The notes below the pieces were generated by a model, which saw only the letters and a list, made by a program, of their open reading frames with translations, ran no database searches and had not been told where the DNA came from. A stretch of DNA of 64,000 nt from a virus. Below are positions 17,977 through 27,581 of this stretch, piece by piece. A program made the translations under genes and the position numbers. Every line of letters begins with the position of its first letter. The first letter of the stretch is position 1. The DNA is taken from positions 1 to 64,000 of the IMG/VR virus record IMGVR_UViG_3300033156_000150; one strand, given 5' to 3'.

Positions 17977-18228
17977 GTGAGTTATTGGCTTGAGGACGCG
18001 GACGGGAAATGGCTGGGCGATTTTGCTACGAACAAGGGAATCATTGAGATGCGGGAGAAAGCCGGATCGGCGTTGCTTGAGTTTTTGGATGAGGGGGAAG
18101 CGGATGCTGAGTTGGTAGAAAAGGTGATTGATGAGGTGAAAGGTGATTCGGAGTTGAGTTATGTGGCAAAGTTGTTGAAGAAAGGCGATCCCCCAGTCAT
18201 TATTACTGATGGATGTGGTTATGTATAA
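17977..18228 (+). CDS. Small acidic protein, candidate immunity protein for the upstream nuclease
   Basis: 83 aa, D/E-rich, immediately downstream of a basic nuclease. Confidence 0.5.
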   Translation: MSYWLEDADGKWLGDFATNKGIIEMREKAGSALLEFLDEGEADAELVEKVIDEVKGDSELSYVAKLLKKGDPPVIITDGCGYV

Positions 18229-18242
18229 TGGAAGGAGAGAAC

Positions 18243-18944
18243 ATGGCTAAACCACCGCCTGAGTTCAGTCTGGCTGTTATGCGTCATATGGTGCCTGTGG
18301 TTATCGACAAGTTCATTGCATGGTGGGGCGGTTGTCCTTACACCCACGTGGCGATTAGGATCGACTACAAGGGTGAGCCATATGTGTATCATAGCCACCC
18401 GAAGATTGGAGAGCCGTTCAGTAAGAGCGGGCCGCAGCGGCACTCGTGGGAGGAGTACAACGAGGTTATAATTCCACACTGGGAGAGCTTGCCGTGGGCC
18501 AGGTATTGGGGAGGTATCGATCACAAGTGGATAGAGCCGCCTGTTGAGATTCCAGAGGAACGGAAAGTCATTGCTCGCGGTGTGGCTGATTGGCTGGTGG
18601 ATCAGTCGGGCATTAAGTATGGGTTGTTCCTCAACTACTTGTTCTGTCTGCGGCGTTGGATGCACTGCTCGGAATTTGTCGATGCGGTTGCATGGCAGGT
18701 TAACCTGGGCTCTGGCAAAGGGGCTCGCACGACTCCTTGTGATTTGCTATGGGAGTATGAAGTGCGGAAGGGCAGGCCGAGGTTGCCGTGGTCAGGATTT
18801 GGGCCGGAGCCTCCTCAGTGGATAAGTGAGTTGAGTAAGGGAGTTAAGCATGTAAGGCAGTTTTTGTGGTACAAGGTGACAGGATATCCAGTGAGGCTAG
18901 TGCGTTTGAGCGAATTGTTTCCGGATTGGGCGCGGGAGAAATGA
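18243..18944 (+). CDS. Permuted papain-like NlpC/P60 (YiiX/YaeF-like) enzyme
   Basis: YTHVAI and YVYHS near the N-terminus; KY...HCSEFV near the C-terminus (His-before-Cys order). Confidence 0.75.
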   Translation: MAKPPPEFSLAVMRHMVPVVIDKFIAWWGGCPYTHVAIRIDYKGEPYVYHSHPKIGEPFSKSGPQRHSWEEYNEVIIPHWESLPWARYWGGIDHKWIEPPVEIPEERKVIARGVADWLVDQSGIKYGLFLNYLFCLRRWMHCSEFVDAVAWQVNLGSGKGARTTPCDLLWEYEVRKGRPRLPWSGFGPEPPQWISELSKGVKHVRQFLWYKVTGYPVRLVRLSELFPDWAREK

Positions 18945-19038
18945 AGCAAAGAAAATTACCATACACACTGAAACACAACCCGCCGGTGACGTGGTGGGAG
19001 TTTGTCGTGTGGGTCGTTAAGTGGATCTGGTGGAAGAT

Positions 19039-19413
19039 ATGGTACATGTAGGACTGTTTGTTGCCGGTTTGGTGTTCATTGCGATACACGGCTTGTTGTT
19101 GTATGAAGGGTTGGAGCGTCCTTTTTGGAGCGGAGGAGGAAGTCAGCGTTTGTTGGATGGCTGGTCGTTCACACACTTCGGGCATGGTATCGTTTTCTAT
19201 GCAATCTTTCGTGGTCTGGGTGCGCCGTCTGTTGTTTCAATTGCTTTGTCTTTGGCTTTGGAGATGCTTTGGGAGTGGATGGAAAATGGGCCTGGTGTCA
19301 CTTGGTTTCAGTGGTGGCATGAGGATGGCTACTGTGGAGATTCAGTCGTTAATTCGTGTATGGATGTGGCTGTGTGCTGGTTCGGCGCATGGCTGACTAG
19401 TTGGTTTGTATGA
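19039..19413 (+). CDS. DUF2585-like membrane protein
   Basis: SQRLLDGWSFTHFGHG, WEWMEN, GDSVVNS-D. Confidence 0.75.
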   Translation: MVHVGLFVAGLVFIAIHGLLLYEGLERPFWSGGGSQRLLDGWSFTHFGHGIVFYAIFRGLGAPSVVSIALSLALEMLWEWMENGPGVTWFQWWHEDGYCGDSVVNSCMDVAVCWFGAWLTSWFV

Positions 19414-19422
19414 GGTGCGAAC

Positions 19423-20658
19423 ATGACTGCATCACGCTTGTTGAGCGAACTTCCGAGGCCCCTGAGTGACTGGCGATGCGTGCTAGATTACCCAGGGGCA
19501 GACATCGGGGAAAAGATTAACGCAGCAGTTGCGGACCTGCCTGATGAGGGTGGTGTCGTGCTTCTGCCTGATGGATCTCATACTATTGAGACGCCTGTTT
19601 TGATTGACAAGGATGGGGTGGCGTTGAAGGGAGTTGGGACGTTTCCGGGAGCGGTATGGACGTATTGTGGTACTCGGTTGGTGAGCAGTATCACCACGGC
19701 ACCTCCTATTTCGATTGGTGTTGCTGGAAGTACGACTAGGTTCGGTGTGTGCCTAGAGGGTTTTGGGCTGACACAAACTGCGGATACAACTTATCCGCTG
19801 GTGCATGTGGTGAAAGCCGCCTGGGGTCATATCAGGGACTTCCACCTGTATGGGTCGAAGTCAGGTGTTAGTTGGGGCGGTAGATCAGCCGTAGGAATGA
19901 AGTTGGGGGGTCCAGACGGCAACTATGCTTCCTACGGTTGGAGGCTGAGAGACGTGCATGTCAACTATGCGGAGGATGGTCTGGTAGCAGAAGCGTCGCA
20001 TGGGTTGCAGGTGTTTGGTGGACTTGTCTATGGCTGTCGCAGAGGCATTGTGATTGGTGAGAATCAGACGCCTACGGGCATCGGTTTCCACGGGTTTGAT
20101 GTGGAGAACAATGTTATTGGATTTGACGTTCGGGCAGGCCGGGTGCTTAGTTGGCACAACACCTACATGGAGGGAGCTTACGGTCCTGGGACTGTTGAGG
20201 AAGATATGTATCTCTTCAGAATCGGAGCGAGGGAAAAGGTGCTGGGAATGGTTATCAATGGATTGTATGTGCAACTGGGAGGAGCAGAGTTCCGGCACGC
20301 ATATGGAATCAGACTGGAGAGGGTCCAGGGACTGAAGCTAGCTGGACTAAAGACGGCAGCCGGATGGGACTACCTGATTCAAAACGTGGCAACGGATGTG
20401 GACGACGTTGTGATTGAGTGTAGCGACATTAGTTGCCCGTTGACAGACGACTACACCGGAATCAGGGCCATACTCGGGTGTGGAGACAAGGGCCAGGTGT
20501 GTTTCCCGAATTTGCCGACCAGTGATCCGGCACGTGATGGTGAGCTGTGGCTAGACAGTGGAACCCTGAAGGTCTCGACGGAGGAGAGTTCGAGCAGCAG
20601 TGGTTCGGCTGGTTCTAGCAGCAGCTTCAGTTCTAGTTGTTCGAGTTCGTCGAGTTGA
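19423..20658 (+). CDS. Pectin-lyase-like beta-helix protein (tailspike/fibre-like) with C-terminal poly-Ser tail
   Basis: INAAV...GGVVLLPDG...I...LKG beta-helix start; LPTSDP...GELW..SGTLKVS C-cap; Ser tail at 20587-20655. Confidence 0.75.
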   Translation: MTASRLLSELPRPLSDWRCVLDYPGADIGEKINAAVADLPDEGGVVLLPDGSHTIETPVLIDKDGVALKGVGTFPGAVWTYCGTRLVSSITTAPPISIGVAGSTTRFGVCLEGFGLTQTADTTYPLVHVVKAAWGHIRDFHLYGSKSGVSWGGRSAVGMKLGGPDGNYASYGWRLRDVHVNYAEDGLVAEASHGLQVFGGLVYGCRRGIVIGENQTPTGIGFHGFDVENNVIGFDVRAGRVLSWHNTYMEGAYGPGTVEEDMYLFRIGAREKVLGMVINGLYVQLGGAEFRHAYGIRLERVQGLKLAGLKTAAGWDYLIQNVATDVDDVVIECSDISCPLTDDYTGIRAILGCGDKGQVCFPNLPTSDPARDGELWLDSGTLKVSTEESSSSSGSAGSSSSFSSSCSSSSS

Positions 20659-20659
20659 T

Positions 20660-21754
20660 ATGGCTGACTACTACCTGACACCGGATGGAAGCGATGCGAA
20701 CGATGGCCTGAGTTGGGCTGCGGCTTGGCCGTTGTCTGAGACTCGGTTACAGGATGCGGTCAATGCGATTCAGGACGATGCCGATTCCTACGTGAAGATT
20801 GCAGTCGACCCCGTCTCCGCGCCTGGTATCACGCTCTCCTCTCCTATTCAGCTACCGGCAGGAAGCGACGTGCGCCGGACCTTGCGTGGGTATCGTTGGG
20901 ACAGCAGCTTGGGGCAAGGTGTCGAAGACGGAACCCGTGCACGACTCGACGCCAATAACACAGCAAAGACTTGCCTGTACTATCAGGGTTGGCATTGGCA
21001 CTTTCGCAACCTAGAGTTTCGTAATGCGACTGACTGCGGTGTGCTTCCAGGCGCAAGCGGTCACGCTTACGCCAACCACTGGTTCAACTGTCGTTTTTGT
21101 CACAACGGTGCGGAGGGCTTCTATAACCGGGATACTTCCACAGGATATAGGGGATACTACTCAGCCATTTCTCACTGTCGAGGGGATCACAATGGGGCGT
21201 CTGGCTTTCGCACTTACGGGCAAGCGTCTATTGTGTGTAGCGTAGCGGACCACAACAGCGACAAGGGGTTTGCTTGGTTTGCGGGGATGGCGTGTTGTTT
21301 GGCCTATGCGAACGACTATGGGATCTACGGTTCCGGGGCAGGGGATTACGCTGTTCGTGCGTTCTGTGTGACAGATGGGAATTCTTTGTATGGAATCATT
21401 GGCTACAACATGTTGTTAGTTGGTTGTCGTTCTACTAACAACACTCAGTATGGGTTCGCGAGCTCGGGTGGTGGGGTCTATGTGAGCACGGCTATTGGGT
21501 GTTATGCGGCAAACAACGGTTCAGGTGACTACATAGGCGACTTTATCCGAGTGGTTGGTGGGATAGATACCTGTAGCAGTGGCGGAGGGCATGGTTATCG
21601 GGATCGAAGTAACGGGTTGTTTGAATCGTTGGTCCGGTCCGCTGGTTATGGGAGAAAGATTGTTCTGCCGGATGAGTCAACGATTATGCGCCTGGTGTCC
21701 GGGTTGCCTAATGTGCCAACTACAGGCCAGGTTTTCGAAGGGGTGTTTAGCTGA
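20660..21754 (+). CDS. Right-handed parallel beta-helix protein
   Basis: YYLTPDGSDANDGLSWAAAW start; repeated N..xG[FI] rungs. Confidence 0.75.
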   Translation: MADYYLTPDGSDANDGLSWAAAWPLSETRLQDAVNAIQDDADSYVKIAVDPVSAPGITLSSPIQLPAGSDVRRTLRGYRWDSSLGQGVEDGTRARLDANNTAKTCLYYQGWHWHFRNLEFRNATDCGVLPGASGHAYANHWFNCRFCHNGAEGFYNRDTSTGYRGYYSAISHCRGDHNGASGFRTYGQASIVCSVADHNSDKGFAWFAGMACCLAYANDYGIYGSGAGDYAVRAFCVTDGNSLYGIIGYNMLLVGCRSTNNTQYGFASSGGGVYVSTAIGCYAANNGSGDYIGDFIRVVGGIDTCSSGGGHGYRDRSNGLFESLVRSAGYGRKIVLPDESTIMRLVSGLPNVPTTGQVFEGVFS

Positions 21755-23547
21755 TGTTTCACAGTCAGACGTTTACGGTCTCCAACGCAGATATCACGTC
21801 GGAGTATGGCGTTGATTTGACCCCGAGTAGTTTGGAGAACTTTGCTCCAAGCGGGGCCCACGCACTGTTGCACCACCAGTTGTTGCTTAGTGGCCTGGAT
21901 AGTAATGGAGGGACAATCACGGCTCGTTGGAAGGTTGTGCGAAACTCAACTGTGTACTACGGGCCGTCCGAAAGCGTGACGTATCAGCCAGGGGATACCA
22001 CCCTGGTAGTTGATCTGAAGGAGATTTTGTTCCTCTCTGAGGATTCGCTTACTTTGCTGTTGTTGAGCGACAACGCGAGTGATACGTCGGTTGACATCTC
22101 AGTTGTGCAGGTGAACGCGCAGCAGGTCAACGTAGGGGCGATATCCGAAAGTACGGAGGCGGCTGACACTGTGGAGTCGAGGATTGGGAATCTCGATGTT
22201 GCTGTTTCCAGTAGGGCGAATGGGGCTTACTATACCTACGCGAGGGCTCAGAGACTGGACAATCTGGATGCCACTGTAAGTTCTCGCAGCACGTTGGAAT
22301 TAGCCGATCTGGATTCAGTAAGGTCTGAGGTGTTGTCTGCCATCTACGACATTGGTGTAGCAGCGGCGAGTGTGGGAGCTGTGGCTACTAGCCGCACGAT
22401 CTCGGCCGGAACGGAGGGCGATAATACGTCGCTTGACGACACTTATGGGCTCGACGAGTCCTACCACATAATTACGGCGTCTGACGGCGAGATTGATGTG
22501 TACTATGAGTTCACACTGGACGACGATTATGTGCCGGTGGGCCTGCACATTAAGGGTCGGCTTCACGAGGGGAATACACCAAGTGGTCAGGATAGTGTTA
22601 ACATTCAGGTTTATGATTGGAACTCGAGTGCTTGGGAAACCGTCGTGCCTCTGCAAGGAGGCTTCGTGGGCGTGGCAAATAGCGACAATGAGGATGATGA
22701 GGTGCGGGTAGTTCCGCTATTCGCTCGGCACAAAGATAGTTCAACCAACGCAGTACGAGTGCGGTTCGTTGGAACGGGACTCAAGACTGGAACAGCTCTC
22801 TACGTGGATCAGATTTACCTGACCTACACCGCTGTTTTGTCGTACACCGGGATCGCTGGGGCGATCCTAGCGAATACCGACTACAAGTTACAGACCGATT
22901 CAGATGGGTACGCCCTGGCGGATGCTGTCAAGATTGGTGGAAGTAAAACAGCGGCGGACGATGTTAAAGCGAAGATCGGCAACCTCGATGCGGCGGTAAG
23001 CACGCGGGCTACACCAGCGCAAGTGAACAGCGAGTGTGACACGGCTCTGAGTGACGCGGGTGTGACCACGGCACGCATGGCAAAGCTGGACAATGCCTTG
23101 TTGGATACCACCTGGACCGATGCCCGCGCGGCCAAGCTGGACAACCTGGACGCTGCGATAACAACCCGCTTGGCAGCGGCAGATTACACGGCACCGGACA
23201 ACGCGGGCATCGCTGCGATTCAGGCACAGACGGATCAGCTTGAGTTCGCGGGTGGAGATGTCAAGGCTACGTTGGATGGAGAGAAGGTGACTGTTTCGAG
23301 TAACGAAGACAAGACTGGCTACAGCCTGACGTCGGACTATGACGCGGCGAAGACGGCGGCGAAACCTGGTGATCAGATGGCACTGACTACCGTAGCGGTT
23401 GCTAGTCTGGTAGATACCTTCTTGGACGAACCCGCTTCCGAGCATAGGACTGCGGATACGGTGGGGGAAAAGATCTACGATGCAGGGGAAGCTGGCGCGA
23501 AGACGATCAACATTACGACGGATACCGTAGTGGTAAGAAGCGAGTAG
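21754..23547 (+). CDS. Virion fibre/structural protein with LDAAV(S/T)(S/T)R repeats
   Basis: LDVAVSSRA, LDATVSSRS, LDAAVSTRA, LDAAITTRL repeats flanking a beta-rich domain. Confidence 0.65.
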   Translation: MFHSQTFTVSNADITSEYGVDLTPSSLENFAPSGAHALLHHQLLLSGLDSNGGTITARWKVVRNSTVYYGPSESVTYQPGDTTLVVDLKEILFLSEDSLTLLLLSDNASDTSVDISVVQVNAQQVNVGAISESTEAADTVESRIGNLDVAVSSRANGAYYTYARAQRLDNLDATVSSRSTLELADLDSVRSEVLSAIYDIGVAAASVGAVATSRTISAGTEGDNTSLDDTYGLDESYHIITASDGEIDVYYEFTLDDDYVPVGLHIKGRLHEGNTPSGQDSVNIQVYDWNSSAWETVVPLQGGFVGVANSDNEDDEVRVVPLFARHKDSSTNAVRVRFVGTGLKTGTALYVDQIYLTYTAVLSYTGIAGAILANTDYKLQTDSDGYALADAVKIGGSKTAADDVKAKIGNLDAAVSTRATPAQVNSECDTALSDAGVTTARMAKLDNALLDTTWTDARAAKLDNLDAAITTRLAAADYTAPDNAGIAAIQAQTDQLEFAGGDVKATLDGEKVTVSSNEDKTGYSLTSDYDAAKTAAKPGDQMALTTVAVASLVDTFLDEPASEHRTADTVGEKIYDAGEAGAKTINITTDTVVVRSE

Positions 23548-23551
23548 TGAC

Positions 23552-24616
23552 ATGGGAACGATCACGATCACAAAGAACTGGGAAGTGGACGGAGTGTTGA
23601 CTGATGTGACGTCGGCCAAACTATCCGACCCGACGGGGACTTATGGCGTGAAGAGGAACGACACGGGAGAGGTAATTGTCCCCGATGGTACAGACATGAC
23701 CAAGGTAGGCACGGGCCAGTATAGCTATCAGTTCACTGAGCCGTCGGATGGTCTAACTTACACAGCCTACGTGGAGATCGTCTATGGTGGCAACACATAC
23801 TGGTTTGAAGAGGACATCACAGGAACGACTACGGGAATTGTGTCATCTGAGGAAGTGCAACAGGAGATGGGTATAAGCTCGGCAACGGCGATGGAGTTGG
23901 CAATCATACAAACGGCCATAAAGAGGGCCGAACGGGCGGTCAAGCGTTACTTGCGTTACGATCCAGTCAAGCGACAGCGGACGGAGTTCTATCCGCGAGG
24001 GCCAGTGACTGCGAGCGGATGGGTGAGGTGGGAGGCATCGGAGACGGAGGCGTATCTGAGGAGATATGGTACGGGTAGGGCAGACGAACTGATCCTGCAA
24101 CACATTCCTGTTCGCAATATCGACTACTTGTATGTGGACTATGACGGACGCTTCGGACAGCAGAGCGGGGCGTTTAGTGACAACACACTCAAAGCGGAAG
24201 GTACGGACTATTGGTTGAGTTTCGACATGCTTGACGATTCGGGCAAAGGTATCTGCTTTGATGGCATCCTTCGATGCGCTGGTACGTGGCCTGCCGAGCC
24301 GGGCACGGTGAAGGTGGTTTATACGGCGGGATATAGCAGTGACGAGTTGCGAGGAAACTTGTCAATCATCGACGCTTCGCCGATCTGGGAGAGTGTGTTG
24401 GAAGAGGCGGTGCGGCGAGCCAAGAAGGCGTTGACGCAGGCGAAGGCGTCGGGAATAGGACACTTCCCGGGCATACTTGTCAGCGAGTCTTTGGGAGACT
24501 ATCACTACAGTGTTGACGTGGCAACGGCAAGGTCATTGTTTGGAGGTGTATGGGATGTCTCTGGAGCTACAAGGGAGCGTTTGAGTCCGTTCATTCATTG
24601 GGGGATGATGTTATGA
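23552..24616 (+). CDS. Head-tail connector (gp6/gp15-like) with N-terminal Ig-like extension
   Basis: AERAVKRYLRY, VKVVYTAGY, SESLGDYHYS, L.PF. Confidence 0.75.
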   Translation: MGTITITKNWEVDGVLTDVTSAKLSDPTGTYGVKRNDTGEVIVPDGTDMTKVGTGQYSYQFTEPSDGLTYTAYVEIVYGGNTYWFEEDITGTTTGIVSSEEVQQEMGISSATAMELAIIQTAIKRAERAVKRYLRYDPVKRQRTEFYPRGPVTASGWVRWEASETEAYLRRYGTGRADELILQHIPVRNIDYLYVDYDGRFGQQSGAFSDNTLKAEGTDYWLSFDMLDDSGKGICFDGILRCAGTWPAEPGTVKVVYTAGYSSDELRGNLSIIDASPIWESVLEEAVRRAKKALTQAKASGIGHFPGILVSESLGDYHYSVDVATARSLFGGVWDVSGATRERLSPFIHWGMML

Positions 24617-24798
24617 CCGAGCAAAGGGATTTGTCGGCGTGGTTGTCAGAATTGGATCAGGCAGCAGAGCAGGTAGCCGAAACAGTGGCAACCATGTGGT
24701 GGGCTATTTTCCGTAGGTTGGTAGAAAAGGGTTTCAGTGAGGAACAGGCTGTTGAGATAGTAAAGGCAATGGTACATGGCCGAGGTTATTTACCATGA
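24613..24798 (+). CDS. Small helical hypothetical protein
   Basis: LVEKGFSEEQAVEIV motif; ATGA overlap. Confidence 0.6.
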   Translation: MTEQRDLSAWLSELDQAAEQVAETVATMWWAIFRRLVEKGFSEEQAVEIVKAMVHGRGYLP

Positions 24799-25660
24799 TC
24801 CGCTGCGGGTTGTGCGCCCGGGCAGAGGTGAGGTCGATTTGGAAGGACTCTGGGCAGGACAGCCCGGTTTTCTCGTTTGTGGTGGTCCGAGTCTGTCTAA
24901 GGTGGACCTGTCGTTACTGCGCAGTAGGGGAGTTGTGTCGGTTGGAGTCAACAACGCAGCCGCATGGGCGCCGGTGAAGGCTTGGACGTTTGGGGATACA
25001 CAGAACAAGTTTCATCATGGGCTATTCCTCGACCCTGGTGTTATGACGTTTGCTCCCATTCCGAAGTTGAGGAAAACGATACACGTGAAGCGAGACGGAA
25101 GGTTCTACGCAACTGATGTAAGGGTAGCCGACTGTCCGAACACGTATGGATACGAGCGCCGCACGATGTTTGTGCCACATACTTTCTTCACCGATCCGTG
25201 GGCACACTGGGGCAGTGGCAAACATCAGCCTCCTGGTGAGGAAGGGGTTGGATGTTTATGTACGATGTTGCTTGGTTTGCGGTTGTTGATATATCTTGGT
25301 GTGAGGAAGGTATATTTATTGGGTGTTGATTTCTGTGGTACTGAAGATGGCAAGTGCTACGGTTTCCCAAATGAGAAGCCGATTCGTCGTAAAATAAAGT
25401 GGAGGTATCCAAAGGAGCGTAAGATGTTGGAGTTGTTGATGCCGGAAATGGAGAAGAGAGGGATCGAGGTTTTCAACGTAGGGCCTTGTACTAAGTTGGA
25501 TTTGTTTCCAAGGGTATGGTATGAGGATGCGATCGAGGATTGTTGTAAGGGAGTAGGGAAGGAGCCCTTGGATACAACTGATTGGTATAACAGGAGGGCA
25601 CATAGGGAGGCTGAGGCGTGTGGTGTGTCGTTGAGGAAGAGTGAGTTACTTCGGATATAG
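24776..25660 (+). CDS. Maf/DUF115 (MptE-like; GT42/GT73-related) CMP-sugar glycosyltransferase-like protein, copy 1
   Basis: FLVCGGPSL, GVNN, LGLRLLIYLGVRKVYLLGVDF, IEVFN. Confidence 0.75.
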   Translation: MAEVIYHDPLRVVRPGRGEVDLEGLWAGQPGFLVCGGPSLSKVDLSLLRSRGVVSVGVNNAAAWAPVKAWTFGDTQNKFHHGLFLDPGVMTFAPIPKLRKTIHVKRDGRFYATDVRVADCPNTYGYERRTMFVPHTFFTDPWAHWGSGKHQPPGEEGVGCLCTMLLGLRLLIYLGVRKVYLLGVDFCGTEDGKCYGFPNEKPIRRKIKWRYPKERKMLELLMPEMEKRGIEVFNVGPCTKLDLFPRVWYEDAIEDCCKGVGKEPLDTTDWYNRRAHREAEACGVSLRKSELLRI

Positions 25661-25676
25661 TTGGAGGATATATGCA

Positions 25677-26084
25677 ATGACGAAGCTGTCGGAAAGGAAC
25701 GGAAGAGGAGAGTCTAGGCGGATTGTAAAAAGGACGGTGAGTGGAAAACCGCCTGTGAGAAAGGAAGTTAACCACACAGTTCAACCATTGGAGTGTAAGG
25801 AATCTGTTGCTATGCAGGTAATGTCTTGGTTTCAGGTGTTTGTTTTGATTGTCGGATTCGCTTTGGGCATGTTCATCGCGTTGGAGATGTGGTCGGTACG
25901 TATGGAGAAGCGGGCAGTAGGTAGATTGCAACAACTTTGGCAAGCGTTAGAGGAGGAAGTACAGGCAGCAGAAAAGGCGGCGGAGATGGAGATACTTGAG
26001 AACAAAGTGTTTGCACCATACCCTGGTGAGTTTTCTGTGTTTGAAGGAAAGGAAACTATTGAGGAGGGAGGAATGCCTAAGTAG
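25677..26084 (+). CDS. Single-TM coiled-coil protein sharing KVFAPYPGEF with the tape measure protein
   Basis: TM segment VFVLIVGFALGMFIAL; GGAGG RBS. Confidence 0.65.
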   Translation: MTKLSERNGRGESRRIVKRTVSGKPPVRKEVNHTVQPLECKESVAMQVMSWFQVFVLIVGFALGMFIALEMWSVRMEKRAVGRLQQLWQALEEEVQAAEKAAEMEILENKVFAPYPGEFSVFEGKETIEEGGMPK

Positions 26085-26098
26085 TTAGAGGAGGTCGT

Positions 26099-26404
26099 GT
26101 GATGAGACATCTACTGGGATTTGTTGCGTGGCTGCTTGCGGGGACACTAATCGCTTTCGTGTGGCTGCTTGTCGAGGTATTTTGTTGTCTCTTTTTGGGA
26201 GTGTTTGTCTCGGCGGAGAAGGCGGAGAGGGTAAGTGATTTGATGTCAGTTGGCCTTGCGTTCTACGTGTTGTTGTGGCCTATCACTTACTTGGTCTGGG
26301 CGGCGTATAGGGTGCTAAGTTGGTGGTCTGCATCCATGGAGCAACAGTATGGGAGCATGCAGAATGGGAAGGCCCGAACCGAAGCGTTGCGAAATCTGCG
26401 GTGA
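26099..26404 (+). CDS. Two-TM membrane protein
   Basis: Two hydrophobic helices; GAGGAGG RBS. Confidence 0.6.
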   Translation: MMRHLLGFVAWLLAGTLIAFVWLLVEVFCCLFLGVFVSAEKAERVSDLMSVGLAFYVLLWPITYLVWAAYRVLSWWSASMEQQYGSMQNGKARTEALRNLR

Positions 26405-26579
26405 GTGGATACGTTTCCCCGTCCCGCGCCGGATGCCTGATGGGAGGGTAATGATTGTATGCTCTGAATGTTCAGAGGATCCGGCGGAGCAGGCGCCGAA
26501 GAGGGAGCATGTGAAGGATCGGGCAGCGTTGCATGATATGGAGTATCATGGAGGCCGTTTTCACGCTGGTGAATGGTGA
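26349..26579 (+). CDS. Small Zn-finger protein
   Basis: CEIC...CSEC. Confidence 0.5.
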   Translation: MGACRMGRPEPKRCEICGEWIRFPVPRRMPDGRVMIVCSECSEDPAEQAPKREHVKDRAALHDMEYHGGRFHAGEW

Positions 26580-26914
26580 GGTTTGCACACATGACGCTAG
26601 ACGAGTATCAAGAGAGAGCGAGAGGAACTGCCTTCTATCCGTTACACATGCTCTACGTGTCCATCGCTCTTGCTGGCGAAGTAGGAGAGTTGGCGAATCA
26701 GGTCAAGAAGTTGACACGCGACGACCTGCCGGATTACGATTGGAGGGACGTCTTGCCAAGGCAACAGATACCGACAGACAGGTATGAGCGGATTGTTGAT
26801 GAGCTAGGCGACGTGTTGTGGTATGTTGCAGCTATGGCGAGTGAATTGGGTGTTTCGTTGGAGGAGGTTGCAAAGCGAAACTTGACCAAGCTAACTGAGA
26901 GACATGGGAGATAG
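26573..26914 (+). CDS. MazG-like nucleotide pyrophosphohydrolase
   Basis: LAGEVGELANQVKK...DELGDVLWY...N..KL..R. Confidence 0.9.
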   Translation: MVRFAHMTLDEYQERARGTAFYPLHMLYVSIALAGEVGELANQVKKLTRDDLPDYDWRDVLPRQQIPTDRYERIVDELGDVLWYVAAMASELGVSLEEVAKRNLTKLTERHGR

Positions 26915-26916
26915 CG

Positions 26917-27288
26917 ATGTCGCTGTTGGACCAATTGCCGCACAGATGCACGATCCGGAGGCGGGTAAGGACTATCGATGTTCTTGGCGGGGCAAAGGAT
27001 ACACTTGAAACGGTGGCGACCGATGTCCCTTGTTGGGAACAAGCCGCTGGGTCAGGGGAAATTGAAGAGCACAGGCAAAGAGGGCAGGTTGTGACTCACA
27101 AGGTGTATTTCACAACGGACTATGGTTTTGACGAGCGTTATCAGATTGAGATAACGTCTCGCAATGGAGAGTCTGTTGATGAGGAGCCGAGCGAGGTGGT
27201 GGAGGTGGCTGAGCCAGATGCTTCCATGGCGTTTGGCATTGTGTATCGTGTGTTTGTGCGTCGTTATACTGGTGAACTAGGACCGTGA
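26917..27288 (+). CDS. Head-closure (gp16/FII-like) protein
   Basis: HRCTIRR...DVLGG...DVPC...THKVYF pattern. Confidence 0.65.
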   Translation: MSLLDQLPHRCTIRRRVRTIDVLGGAKDTLETVATDVPCWEQAAGSGEIEEHRQRGQVVTHKVYFTTDYGFDERYQIEITSRNGESVDEEPSEVVEVAEPDASMAFGIVYRVFVRRYTGELGP

Positions 27289-27302
27289 AAGGAGGGACAG
27301 AG

Positions 27303-27581
27303 ATGCCTGTGTTGCGGGTAAACTCTAATATGGATCAAGCGTTGGACAGGGTATCGGAATCGCTAGCAAAGGCAAAAGAGGCCGGTTCATTTATGGTTGC
27401 TGTGTGGCGTGTCGAGGGGAACGAGGTTCATTTAGATCGCCACACGTGGGAATTTCCAGTAGGGCGATTTAAGGAAGCTGAGGAGATGTTGGGCAAGGCC
27501 AACGAGAGAGAAGTTTCTGGGAGCGTTGAACCTGATTTGTTGCCAATAGCTGAGTGGTGCAGAGGAGACTACCATGTTTAG
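27303..27581 (+). CDS. Hypothetical protein
   Basis: AGGAGG RBS. Confidence 0.6.
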   Translation: MPVLRVNSNMDQALDRVSESLAKAKEAGSFMVAVWRVEGNEVHLDRHTWEFPVGRFKEAEEMLGKANEREVSGSVEPDLLPIAEWCRGDYHV

